A stretch of DNA of 64,000 nucleotides from an uncultured Actinomycetota bacterium (GCA_963737525.1 CAVTTD010000039.1:5113-69112), one strand, 5' to 3'. Counted from the stretch's first letter, positions 39,546 to 48,497 are shown. Notes: generated by a model not told the origin, from the sequence alone. Translations and numbers: made by a program.

Positions 39546-40427
39546 GTGCTTCCCGTGGTCGTCGCTGTCGCCGTGCTCGGCGTCGGCTGCGTGTTGTACG
39601 GGATCTTCATCGAACGGTTCCGATACCGGGTGTTCCGGCATCGTCTCGACATCCTACCGGCGTCCGCCGCGCGCCCTCTCGTCGTGCTCCACCTATCCGA
39701 CCTGCACTTCGTGCGGCACGATCCGCGGAAGGCCCGGTTCCTCGCGTCCTTACCGACACCCGACATCACGGTCGTGACCGGAGACTTCCTGGCGGAGCCG
39801 GAGGCGGTCGAAGCCGCCGTGGAAGGCGTGCGGCCGGTGCGCGGCCGGCTGGCCTCGTGGTTCGTGCTCGGTTCCAACGACTACTTCGTCCCGAAGCCAC
39901 TGAACTACTTCGCGTACTTCTGGAGAGATCGGAAGAGGCGACCCGCCCGTCGCGGCCGCGGCCCCGAGCTCATCAGAGCGCTGGTCGCCGACGGTTGGGA
40001 GGACCTCACCAACGTCCACCGCGAGGTGTCATTCGGAGGGCTCGATATCGAGCTCCTGGGGCTGGATGACGCCCACATCAGCCGACACGATCTTCGCGTC
40101 GCGCCTCGGGGCGCCGAGGAGCGATTCGGCTTGGCCGTCATGCACTCGCCGGACTCCGCACCCGAGGCGGCCGCGCTCGACTACAGATTGATCGTGGCGG
40201 GTCATACCCACGGCGGTCAGGTCCGGCTCCCGTTCGTGGGCGCTCTCGTGACCAACAGCACGATGCCGCCGAGGCTCGCCTCCGGGTTGATCCGGATGGG
40301 CGCTGCCGTGCTCCACATCTCGCGTGGGCTGGGCACCAGCAAGTACGCCCCCTTCCGGTTCTGGTGCCGGCCGGAGGCGACCTTCCTCGATCTTTCGCCC
40401 GACGCTTCGACCGCGACCACGCGCTAG
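39546..40427 (+). CDS. Metallophosphoesterase (Rv3683-like)
   Basis: LHLSDLH, VTGDFL, VLGSND, GLDD, MHSPD, AGHTHGGQV, SRGLGTS. Confidence 0.92.
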   Translation: MLPVVVAVAVLGVGCVLYGIFIERFRYRVFRHRLDILPASAARPLVVLHLSDLHFVRHDPRKARFLASLPTPDITVVTGDFLAEPEAVEAAVEGVRPVRGRLASWFVLGSNDYFVPKPLNYFAYFWRDRKRRPARRGRGPELIRALVADGWEDLTNVHREVSFGGLDIELLGLDDAHISRHDLRVAPRGAEERFGLAVMHSPDSAPEAAALDYRLIVAGHTHGGQVRLPFVGALVTNSTMPPRLASGLIRMGAAVLHISRGLGTSKYAPFRFWCRPEATFLDLSPDASTATTR

Positions 40428-40438
40428 ACTGCTCTGCA

Positions 40439-40512
40439 CGGGACGTGGCGCAGTTTGGTAGCGCGCAGCGTTCGGGACGCTGAGGTCGCGGGTTCAAGTC
40501 CCGCCGTCCCGA
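40439..40512 (+). tRNA. tRNA-Pro(CGG)
   Basis: Cloverleaf CGGGACG acceptor / GCGC D-arm / CAGCG-TTCGGGA-CGCTG anticodon arm / GCGGG-TTCAAGT-CCCGC T-arm; CCA not encoded. Confidence 0.97.
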
Positions 40513-40522
40513 CACCGATGTA

Positions 40523-40554
40523 TGAAGGGCGGGCCGAGCGGGGCCCGCCCTTCA
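40523..40554 (+). terminator. Hairpin downstream of the tRNA
   Basis: TGAAGGGCGGGCC-GAGCGG-GGCCCGCCCTTCA, a 13-bp stem followed by a T-rich run. Confidence 0.8.
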
Positions 40555-40582
40555 CATTTCTTCAAGAGGCAACACCAGAGGT

Positions 40583-40611
40583 TTGACGAGCACCCGGGGC
40601 GTCGGTAGCCT
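40583..40611 (+). promoter_or_regulatory. Sigma70-type promoter of the NlpC/P60 gene
   Basis: TTGACG-N17-TAGCCT. Confidence 0.65.
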
Positions 40612-40659
40612 CGGGCGACGGCTCCGGTGACGGAGCCTTTTGCTCGGACAAAGGAGCAC

Positions 40660-41742
40660 ATGACCGGGACGCGAACGCGGATCGCACGGCTCGTCATCGC
40701 CGTCGTCTTCGCGCTCCCCGTCGTCCTCACCGCGCTCAGCCTCTCCTCGCTGGCGGCACCGTCCGCCAAGGAGGTCGAGGCGGCCAAGCAGCGGCTCGCC
40801 AGTCTCCAGCATCAATTCGAATCGATCGCCGAGCACTACAACGACGCGAAGTACCAACTCTCCCTCATCGAGCGGAAGCTCGCGGAGGCAAAGAGCCAGC
40901 GAGACGGGGCCGAACGCAAAGCTCGCGCCGCGGAAGCTCGCCTCGCCGAGCGCGCGGTCCAGGCCTACCTCGGGACCGGATCACAGGTGGACGGCCTCCT
41001 GGGCGCGGAAAGCATCGGCGAGTTCTCGGATCGGCTCGTCTTCATGGGCGCCGTCGCCGAGGGGGACGCGGAGATCGGCCGTCAAGCCACCAACGCCCGC
41101 CAGGAGGCGCAGTGGGCGGCCAAGCGGTTCGCGGACACGCTCGCCGAGCGCCAGCGGCAGGTCACGGCGATCAAGGGTCAGCTCGATCGGCTCGATTCGA
41201 GCATCAACGAGCAGGCGTCTCTCTACGAGCAGCTGAACCAGGACCGTACGGACTACCTGAACGCGTTGGCGGCGCAGCGGGCCGCGCTCGCGCAGGCTCG
41301 CCAGGAGGCCTCCCAGAACTCGGGAGGAACCACGGCCGACACCACGAGCGACACGGGTGGCTACGTCCCGCCGGTGAACGCCTCGGCAGCCCAGATCGCG
41401 GTCGGCGCGGCGCTGTCCGTGCAGGGCACCGGATACGTCTGGGGCTCCGCCGACCCGAGCGTCGGCTTCGACTGTTCGGGCCTCACCTCGTGGGCATGGG
41501 GACAAGCGGGCGTGTACCTCCCCCACTCGTCGGCGGCTCAGTACTCTTCGCTCCCGCACGTGCCGCTCGGCAGCGTGCAGCCCGGCGACCTGATCTTCTA
41601 CTACAGCCCGATCAGCCACGTGGCGCTCTACATCGGCGGTGGGCAGATCGTGCACGCGCGTCATCCCGGACCGGGTGGGGAAGTCCAGGTGACATCGATG
41701 TTCGGCTACGACAACCCCGTCGGAGCCGCTCGCCCCGGTTAG
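40660..41742 (+). CDS. Secreted NlpC/P60 peptidoglycan endopeptidase with an N-terminal coiled coil (RipA/CwlO-like)
   Basis: SD AAGGAG then ATG 40660; signal peptide, coiled coil, YVWGS...FDCSGLTSWAW...LPHSS...HVALYIGGGQIVHA. Confidence 0.93.
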   Translation: MTGTRTRIARLVIAVVFALPVVLTALSLSSLAAPSAKEVEAAKQRLASLQHQFESIAEHYNDAKYQLSLIERKLAEAKSQRDGAERKARAAEARLAERAVQAYLGTGSQVDGLLGAESIGEFSDRLVFMGAVAEGDAEIGRQATNARQEAQWAAKRFADTLAERQRQVTAIKGQLDRLDSSINEQASLYEQLNQDRTDYLNALAAQRAALAQARQEASQNSGGTTADTTSDTGGYVPPVNASAAQIAVGAALSVQGTGYVWGSADPSVGFDCSGLTSWAWGQAGVYLPHSSAAQYSSLPHVPLGSVQPGDLIFYYSPISHVALYIGGGQIVHARHPGPGGEVQVTSMFGYDNPVGAARPG

Positions 41743-41775
41743 AGGGCTTCCCTGGCTCGTCGATAGGCTCCGAGG

Positions 41776-42420
41776 GTGACCGGAGCGACGCCCCTCTCGG
41801 AGGACCTCTCCCTCGTCGAGCGGCTCCGAGCGGGTGACGAGGCCGCGTTCATGCAGCTCGTCGATCAGCTCCAGCCGGCGATGCTCCGCGTCGCCCGGAT
41901 GTACGTCTCGACGGCGGCGGTTGCCGAAGAGGTCGTTCAGGATGCGTGGCTGGGGGTCCTTCGAGGGCTCCACAGCTTCGAGGGCCGATCCTCGTTGCGA
42001 ACCTGGATCTTCCGCATCCTCACGAACATCGCGAAGACACGTGGGCAACGCGAGGGTCGAAGCCTGCCGTTCGCCTCGCTCGGCGGCGATGACCTCGACG
42101 CTCCGGCCGTCGATCCGAGCCGATTCGATCCGCCGGAGGGTGCGCGCGGTCGCTGGTCGACGCTCCCCGACGATTGGTCCGAGATCCCGGAGGAGCGGCT
42201 CCTCGGTCACGAGACGCTCGATGTCATCGGGCGGGCGATCGCGGGTCTCCCTCCGATGCAGGCTGAAGTGATCCGGCTCCGGGACGCGCTGGGATGGACG
42301 TCGGAGGAGGTCCGTAACGCGCTCGATCTCACGGAGACCAATCAGCGGGTGCTCCTCCATCGCGCGCGGGCGAAGGTGCGTGGCGCACTGGAGCGATATC
42401 TCTCGGACGAGGCGACATGA
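41776..42420 (+). CDS. ECF RNA polymerase sigma factor
   Basis: GDEAAFMQLV, AEEVVQDAW, FEGRSSLRTWIFRI; region 4 LPPMQAEVIRLRD...NQRVLLHRARAKVR. Confidence 0.93.
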   Translation: MTGATPLSEDLSLVERLRAGDEAAFMQLVDQLQPAMLRVARMYVSTAAVAEEVVQDAWLGVLRGLHSFEGRSSLRTWIFRILTNIAKTRGQREGRSLPFASLGGDDLDAPAVDPSRFDPPEGARGRWSTLPDDWSEIPEERLLGHETLDVIGRAIAGLPPMQAEVIRLRDALGWTSEEVRNALDLTETNQRVLLHRARAKVRGALERYLSDEAT

Positions 42421-42662
42421 TGGGACGCGATCTGACCTGCAAGGAGCTGGTGGAGTTGGTCACCGGCTACCTCGAGGGCACCCTGTCCCGCCGGCAACGT
42501 CGACGGTTCGAGGCCCACCTCACCACGTGCGACCGGTGCACGGCCTACCTGGCCCAGATGGAGATGACCATCCGGATGACCGGGACGCTCACCGAGGAGC
42601 AGGTCACCGGAGAGCAGAGGGACGTGTTGCTGGCGGCGTTCCGCGACTGGAAGGCGAGCTAG
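42417..42662 (+). CDS. zf-HC2 (ZAS) anti-sigma factor, cytoplasmic
   Basis: CKELVELVTGYLEG...FEAHLTTCDRC (HxxxCxxC); coupled to the sigma gene; no TM. Confidence 0.9.
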   Translation: MMGRDLTCKELVELVTGYLEGTLSRRQRRRFEAHLTTCDRCTAYLAQMEMTIRMTGTLTEEQVTGEQRDVLLAAFRDWKAS

Positions 42663-42874
42663 GCCAGGTCGGCGAGCCGGAGCTCGGCCTGTTGCACCAG
42701 TGCGTCGTTCCCGATCTGCCGGGCGGCGTCGCGCGCCTGCGTGAGGAGATCGGTCGCCTGACGGCGCCTGGCGTCACTCTTCTCGGCGGTCGCGTACTTG
42801 AGCTTCTCGTCCGCCTTCACGATCAGCTCGAAGATCTCCTTGGCATCCATCGGCGCGTGCTCGTTCTCGTTCAT
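42659..42874 (-). CDS. Small helical hypothetical protein
   Basis: 71-aa ORF 14 nt downstream of the TrxR gene, same strand. Confidence 0.6.
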   Translation of the reverse strand: MNENEHAPMDAKEIFELIVKADEKLKYATAEKSDARRRQATDLLTQARDAARQIGNDALVQQAELRLADLA

Positions 42875-42888
42875 GCCCGCATCCTCTC

Positions 42889-44115
42889 CTACGCCGTCCG
42901 GCGCTGCTCGAGCCGGTCGAGATAGCCCCGGATCTGGATCGCGGCCGCGGCGCCCTCTCCCACCGCGGACGCGAGCTGCTTCGTCGACCCCTGCCGTACG
43001 TCGCCGGCGGCGAAGACGCCCGGCATCGAGCTCATGAACGTCGGGTCGGTCGCGACGAACCCCTGCTCGTCGAGGTCGACGACCCCTTCCAAGAACGCGG
43101 TGTTCGGGTCGAGGCCGATGAAGACGAACACACCGGCGGGATGGTGTTCCTCGATCTCCCCCGACTCGAGATCCTCGATCAAGACCGCCCCGAGCTTGCC
43201 GGAGCCGTCGTCCTTCTTCCGGAACTCCTTCACCCCGTGCCGCAGCTCGACCTCCATCCTCGGATGGTCCAGCACCTTGTCCTGCAGGATCCTCGACCCG
43301 CGCAGCCGGTCACCTCGCTCGACGATCGTCACCTTGTCCGTGAACTGGGTCAGGAAGACGCCCTCCTCGAGACCGGAGTTGCCGCCGCCGATGACCATCA
43401 GCTCGTCGGAGCCCTTGTAGAAGGGACCGTCGCACGTCGCGCAGAAATGCACCCCGGCGCCGATCAGGTCGTCCTCACCCTCGGCATCCGTCCGGCGGTA
43501 CGAGGATCCGGTCGCGACCAACGCCGCTCGAGCGTGGTAGTGGTCCCCGGTCGCCGTCTCGACATCGAGCTCGTCCCCGTCGGCGGTCATGCCCGAGTCC
43601 GCCGAGATGGTCGTCACCGAGACGGCCTGCAGCATCTCGACGCCGTACCGCTCGGCCTGCTTGACGAAGCGGTCGGCGAGCTCCGCGCCGGCGATCCCCT
43701 CGGGGAACCCCGGATAGTTGTCGAGTCGCTCCGTCACCCCGGCCTGTCCGCCCAGCCCCTTCGAGTCGATGATGAGCGTCTCGAGGTTCTCCCTCGCCGC
43801 GTAGATCGATGTGGTCAGGCCCGTCGGCCCGCCGCCGACGACGATCAGGTCGTAGACGTGCTGCATCGCCTGTCGCTGAAGGCCGAGCTTCTCCGCCAAC
43901 TCTTCGTTCGAGGGCTCCGAGAGATGGGTGCCGTCCGGGAAGATGACCGTGGGGATGATGTTCTTGCCGTCGTTCCGCTCCTGAACGATCCTCGCGCCCT
44001 CCGGGTCGCCCTCGATGTCGTGCCATCCGTAGGCGACGCGCTGGTCCGCCAGGAACTTCTTCGCGCGACGGCAGTCGGGGCACCAGCTCGCGCCGTACAC
44101 GAGGATCTCCGCCAT
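42889..44115 (-). CDS. Glutaredoxin-like domain fused to thioredoxin reductase
   Basis: N-terminal VYGASWCPDC...IIPTV; TrxR IVVGGGPTG, ATGS, HFCATCDG, IGGGNSG, FIGLDPN, VFAAGDV. Confidence 0.92.
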   Translation of the reverse strand: MAEILVYGASWCPDCRRAKKFLADQRVAYGWHDIEGDPEGARIVQERNDGKNIIPTVIFPDGTHLSEPSNEELAEKLGLQRQAMQHVYDLIVVGGGPTGLTTSIYAARENLETLIIDSKGLGGQAGVTERLDNYPGFPEGIAGAELADRFVKQAERYGVEMLQAVSVTTISADSGMTADGDELDVETATGDHYHARAALVATGSSYRRTDAEGEDDLIGAGVHFCATCDGPFYKGSDELMVIGGGNSGLEEGVFLTQFTDKVTIVERGDRLRGSRILQDKVLDHPRMEVELRHGVKEFRKKDDGSGKLGAVLIEDLESGEIEEHHPAGVFVFIGLDPNTAFLEGVVDLDEQGFVATDPTFMSSMPGVFAAGDVRQGSTKQLASAVGEGAAAAIQIRGYLDRLEQRRTA

Positions 44116-44298
44116 GCTGCGACCTCCCGGGTAGCTCGGTACGTCGACCGTATCGCCTTCTGCCTTTCTCGTTACAGGTGTCACGGTTCGGACGCGAGCG
44201 GCATCGATCGAACGACAGGTGAAGAACTCGGGAAGGTTGCGGGGAACCCCTGGTGACCTTCGGGAGTCCGAAAGACACTACGACCGAGGAGGACGCCG

Positions 44299-44508
44299 AT
44301 GCGCCCGAACGACAGCAGGAGCGGAGATGCGATCGCGAAGGTCTTCTCGGATCCCTCGGCCGTGTGGACCCTGGATGAGGTGGCCGGCCGGTTCGGACTG
44401 TCCCTCGGCGATGCCATCCGGGTGATGTCCGATCTCGAAGCCATCGACGTCGTGCGCAGGATCGGGGACGAGTACGTGCCCGGGGTGGGAGCGGCGACCG
44501 CTTCCTAA
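44299..44508 (+). CDS. Small winged-helix-like protein
   Basis: RBS GAGGAGG; WTLDEVAGRFGLSLGDAIRVMSDLEAIDVVRR. Confidence 0.6.
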   Translation: MRPNDSRSGDAIAKVFSDPSAVWTLDEVAGRFGLSLGDAIRVMSDLEAIDVVRRIGDEYVPGVGAATAS

Positions 44509-44519
44509 GCGGTCGCCGC
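44491..44519. terminator. Perfect 13-bp hairpin at a convergent gene junction
   Basis: GCGGCGACCGCTT-CCT-AAGCGGTCGCCGC, overlapping the stop of the small gene. Confidence 0.6.
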
Positions 44520-45414
44520 GCGCCGCGAGCGCTTCGGCCTCCGCTTCGATCGCCTGGCGCTCCACCAACCGCTCCAGCCATGCGCGCGGCAGCCCTCCGC
44601 GTCCGTGAAGGGCGCCGAGCAACGCGCCCGTCACGGCCGCGTTCGTGTCGGTGTCGCCACCGAGGGACACGACGTACCGAAGTCCTTCCTCGAAGGGCGC
44701 GCCCTCGGCCGCCACCCGCAGCCCGACCCCCGCGGTGAAGAGCGTGAAGCCCATGTCGGGCCCGTCGATCGGCCGCGCTCGCCCCGCCTCCGCGACGAGG
44801 TACTCGAGCTCCTCCCCGCCGCCCCGGTCGAGCACGTCGTGCACCGCGTGCTCGACCGCCTCCCGATGTCCCTCTCCGCGAACGAGCGCGGCGACGGCGA
44901 GCGTCACCGCCAGGCATGCCGTCCGGCAGCGTTCGTCCCAGTGCGTGATCGCGGAGAGCGCCGGCGCCTCCTCGAGGAGCAGCTCCGGGCGCGCCGCTCG
45001 GAATGCTCCGAGCGGCGCGCAATACATCACGGAGCCGTTCCCGGCCGAGATCTCCGGCCCTCGCTCCGATACGTACCGCTCCGCGGCATCCGGGACGCCG
45101 TCCCGGATGCCGCCCAGCACCCGTCGCGTGAGATTCCCGACATCGGGCGGATCGGTGGCCAGCCAGTCGAGATGCCGCCGCAGCACGTCGTCCGCGTCCA
45201 GCCGCCCACGCTCCGCGAGCGATCGCCAGAGGTTGCGCGCCATCGCCGTGTCATCGGTCCAGTGACCCGGCGCGAGGCCCATCCAGCCCTGCTCGAACGC
45301 GGGGAGCGGGTCGGGGATCTCCCCGCGCCGGCGGAACTCGAACGGCGCGCCGAGCGCGTCGCCGAGCGCCAGGCCGAGGACGCACCCCACCACCCGTTCC
45401 CGCAGGTCATCCAC
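44505..45414 (-). CDS. ADP-ribosylglycohydrolase family protein (true stop probably near 44505; the raw frame runs on to 44278)
   Basis: GLALGDALGAPFEF, WTDDTAMA, AGNGSVM, SAITH, GGDTDTNAAVTGALLGA. Confidence 0.92.
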
Positions 45415-45476
45415 GGCGGCGCAGCCTACCGCGGGGGGTCCGCGACGAAGCGCCTCTGGTAGCCTGACTGGCCTCG

Positions 45477-46080
45477 ATGGACAAGATCGGACCCAAGCAC
45501 CGCATGTGCAGACGTGTCGGCGCTCCGCTGTGCGGGCGCCCCAATTGTCCTGCCAACAAGCGGCCATACCCACCCGGCATGCACGGCCGCGGCCGCAAGC
45601 GGATCTCGGAGTATCAGACCCGGTTGGTGGAGAAGCAGAAGATGCGCGCGATCTACGCGGTCGGGCGAGCGACAGATGCGCAAGTACTACGAACGGGCGC
45701 ACCGGTCGATGGGTGTGACCGGCGAGGAGCTGCTCAAACAGCTGGAGACCCGGATCGACTCGGTGATCCTGCGTCTGGGGTTCGCCCTGACGATCCACCA
45801 GGCCCGCCAGCTCGTGTCCCACGGTCACGTGCTGATCGACGGCAAGCGGATCGACGTCCCCAGCGCCCAGGTGAAGCCGGGTCAGGAGATCAGCCTCACC
45901 GAGAAGGCGCGGAACTTCATCTCGGTGCGCGAGGCGATCCAGATCACGCCCGAGCCGCCCGCCTATCTCTATCGCAACAAGGACGAGATCAAGGGCGCGT
46001 TCACGCGGATCCCGGAACGGGACGAGATCCCGCTCCCGGTGACCCTCGAGGAACGCCTCGTCGTCGAGTTCTACTCCTAG
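45477..46080 (+). CDS. rpsD: 30S ribosomal protein S4, frameshift near 45665
   Basis: KRPYPPGMHGRGRK, SEYQTRLVEKQK, LETRIDSVILRLGFA, ARQLVSHGH, VDVPS-like IDVPSAQVKPG, VVEFYS. Confidence 0.95.
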
Positions 46081-46086
46081 GGACGC

Positions 46087-46818
46087 ATGGTCGCCCCTTC
46101 CGGCGACGCTTCCACCCTCGACCGGGACGTCCGGCTCGCCGTGTATCGGACGTTCGTCGAGGACGGGCGCCCTCCGACCGCTCCCGAGATGGCCGTTGCG
46201 CTCGGCGTCGAGACGCCGGACATGGAGGCCTCGATCCGGCGGCTCGCGGAGGACCACGTCCTCGTGCTCGCACCGGGAACGCCCTACGTCTGGATGGCGA
46301 ACCCGTTCTCCGCGATCCCGACGCCCTTCGAGGTCGAGGTCGGCGACCGCCGGTACTTCGGCAACTGCATCTGGGATGCCCTCGGGATCCCCGCATGCCT
46401 GCACGCCGACGCGCGCATCCGAACGTCCTGCCCGGATTGCTCCGAACCTCTTCCGATCGACATCCGGGACGGGGAGCTCGACGCTCCCGCCGGTGCCGTG
46501 ATCCATTTCGCCGTTCCCGCCGCGCACTGGTGGGACGACATCGGCTCCACCTGAGCGAGCATGCTCCTCTTCCGGTCGGAAGAGCACGTGAGGCGATGGG
46601 CGGAGAACCGACGGTCCGCGATCGGAGCGACCTTCACCCCTCGACAGGGATGGCGGCTCGCGACCGCCTGGTTCGAAGATCGACTCTCGCCGGACTGGCG
46701 GCGGAAGACGCCCGAGGAAGCGCACGCGATCTTCACGGACATCGGACTCACCGGTCCCTTCTGGGACCTGACGTCGAAGGTTTCCTCGTCCGACGGGGTG
46801 GATACACCAGGGGCATGA
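46087..46818 (+). CDS. MerB (organomercurial lyase)-like protein, predicted selenoprotein (UGA at 46552-46554), 243 aa
   Basis: ORFs 46087..46554 and 46561..46818 are in the same frame and separated only by TGA-GCG-AGC. N-terminal HTH, MANPFSAIPTPF, FGNCIWDALGI, RTSCPDC, WWDDIGST-U-ASMLLFRSEEHV. A SECIS-like hairpin follows the UGA. Confidence 0.85.
46555..46587 (+). promoter_or_regulatory. Bacterial SECIS element (predicted)
   Basis: CTCTTCC-GGTC-GGAAGAG stem-loop (46567-46584), extendable with a bulge. The GGUC loop is at +23..+26 counting the U of UGA as +1, against +22..+25 in E. coli fdhF. Confidence 0.8.
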
Positions 46819-46952
46819 CCGACATCCTCATGCACCTCGCCCAACGTCTGCGCGGAGACGACGGCTTCGTGATCGGCCGGGTCGCCCTGGTCGTGCTGAT
46901 CGTCGCGATCGTCATCGTGGCCGCGCTCGTGGCGTTGATCGTTCCGAACTAG
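46815..46952 (+). CDS. 45-aa single-TM protein with an Flp/class III signal-like N-terminus
   Basis: ATGA overlap with the upstream stop; MTDILMHLAQRLRGDDG-FVIGRVALVVLIVAIVIVAALVALIVPN. Confidence 0.6.
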   Translation: MTDILMHLAQRLRGDDGFVIGRVALVVLIVAIVIVAALVALIVPN

Positions 46953-47564
46953 CGATCGCCCACCGGCTCCAGCGCCGCGCGGACGAACGCGACGACCTCT
47001 CTCTCCCGTCGCCGAAGTGACGCGCGGCTCTTGTCGGCGCCCACGACGGCGTTCAGGACGCTCGCCTCGGTGAGGGATCCCGACGACCGCCGTGTACAGG
47101 GTGAACAGAAGCATCGTGGGGTCTTGCTTCCGAACCTGACCGTCGTCCATCCCGGACCGGAGGAAGTCGATCGCGCGACGCCTGAGCGGATCGAGCACAT
47201 CGGCGAAGCGCTCGAACGCGAGCGGGCCGAGTCGGCCGGCCTCTCTGATGAACATCGGGAACTCCGGCCACTCGGCGGCGAGGTCGAACACGGAGTGGAT
47301 CACGGCTTCCGCGCGCTCCCAGTACCCCTCCTTGCCCTCGAGTGCACGCGCGATCTCCTCCGCGAGCCGGACCCCCGCCGCCTGCAGGCACGCTTCCAGC
47401 AGCGCGTCCTTGTTCTGGAAGTAGTACAGGAGGGTCTGCTTGCGGACGCCGACGGCGCCGGCGATGTCGTCGAGGCTCGCGCCTCCGTAGCCCTCACGAC
47501 CGAACTGCCGGATCGCCTCCTCGATGAGGGTCGAACGCCGTTCCTCGCCGCCGGTCCTCGGCAT
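46949..47564 (-). CDS. TetR/AcrR family regulator, frameshift near 47075
   Basis: LIEEAIRQFGREGYGGASLDDIAGAVGVRKQTLLYYFQNKDALL. Confidence 0.92.
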
Positions 47565-47570
47565 CGGACG

Positions 47571-48452
47571 TCACTCCCAGACCTTCGCGGGACCCTTGCG
47601 ACCGACGGGGCGCGAGCCCTCCCATCGCCGCAGCCAATCGGGTCCCTGCGGACCGACGAGCGAGGGAGTCTCGCCCCGGTTCGCTCGATGGAGCGCCTCC
47701 CACCAGGTCGTGCGTTCCTCGTGGAAGAGCTGGGTCACCGCCTGGGTCATCCGCCGTGAGAGGTCCTGATGCGTCTCCCCTTCCTGTGGCCAGAACGGCT
47801 CGCCGTAGCGGACCGTGACGGGTGGTCGTCCGGCACGCGGCCAGAACCGACCCTTCGGCATCGCCTGGAACGCCCCCACGATCGCGATCGGCGCGAGGCC
47901 GGCGCCGGTCTCCAACGCGAGTCGGGCGGCGCCGTGCCGGAACCGCTGGAGGTGACCGTCGGCCGAGCGCGTGCCCTCGGGGAAGACGACGATGCTCCAC
48001 CCCTCCGAGAGGAGCTCGCGCGCCTTGTCGACGGCGCCCTTCGCGCCGCGCGCGCGGTCGATCGGGAACGCGCCGTAGACGAGCGCCGTGAACGCCTGGC
48101 GCCACCACACGTCGAAGAAGTAGTCCCGCGCGGCGCCGACCGCGGTCTTCGCCTGCCAGCGATCCGGGAGCGAGCACATGATCAGGGTGGCGTCGAGGTG
48201 GCTCGAGTGGTTCGAATAGAAGATCAGCGGTGGGTCGACACCCTCGAGACCGTCTCGGCCGAACACCCGTAGCGTGAGCTCGTTCCGAACGATCGGATGC
48301 ATCGCTCCCTTGAGGAGGACCTGCCTCGCCGCCACCCCGGCGTCCGTCCGCGCCCAGTCCGACGGGAACACCCGGTCGACCTTCGGCTCCGCGTGCTCCT
48401 CCGCCGACCGCGGAACCAGCGGCCGCCGGCCCCAGCGGAACCCTTCCGCCAT
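47571..48452 (-). CDS. Lysophospholipid acyltransferase (PlsC family)
   Basis: NHSSHLD, AARDYFF, FPIDR, VFPEGTRS, FRHGAARLA. Confidence 0.92.
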   Translation of the reverse strand: MAEGFRWGRRPLVPRSAEEHAEPKVDRVFPSDWARTDAGVAARQVLLKGAMHPIVRNELTLRVFGRDGLEGVDPPLIFYSNHSSHLDATLIMCSLPDRWQAKTAVGAARDYFFDVWWRQAFTALVYGAFPIDRARGAKGAVDKARELLSEGWSIVVFPEGTRSADGHLQRFRHGAARLALETGAGLAPIAIVGAFQAMPKGRFWPRAGRPPVTVRYGEPFWPQEGETHQDLSRRMTQAVTQLFHEERTTWWEALHRANRGETPSLVGPQGPDWLRRWEGSRPVGRKGPAKVWE

Positions 48453-48497
48453 CGCCTTGAGCTCGTCCTTGACGTTCTTCGGCGCCCCATCAGCGCC

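Noticed and set aside
40612-40659. c-di-AMP (ydaO) riboswitch ahead of the NlpC/P60 gene
   Set aside because: Common for such genes in actinomycetes, but the leader after the predicted promoter is only about 45 nt, too short for the aptamer.
40439-40660. Integrative element at tRNA-Pro
   Set aside because: No integrase and no recognisable duplicate of the tRNA 3' end in the window.
42889-44115. Selenocysteine in the Grx-TrxR fusion
   Set aside because: Both redox motifs (CPDC, CATC) are encoded as Cys in an uninterrupted frame.
46552-46554. UGA as a simple nonsense mutation or two separate genes
   Set aside because: The UGA falls at a catalytic Cys-equivalent position, is followed by a correctly spaced SECIS-like hairpin, and selAB are present. 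The window's other defects are indels rather than in-frame stops.
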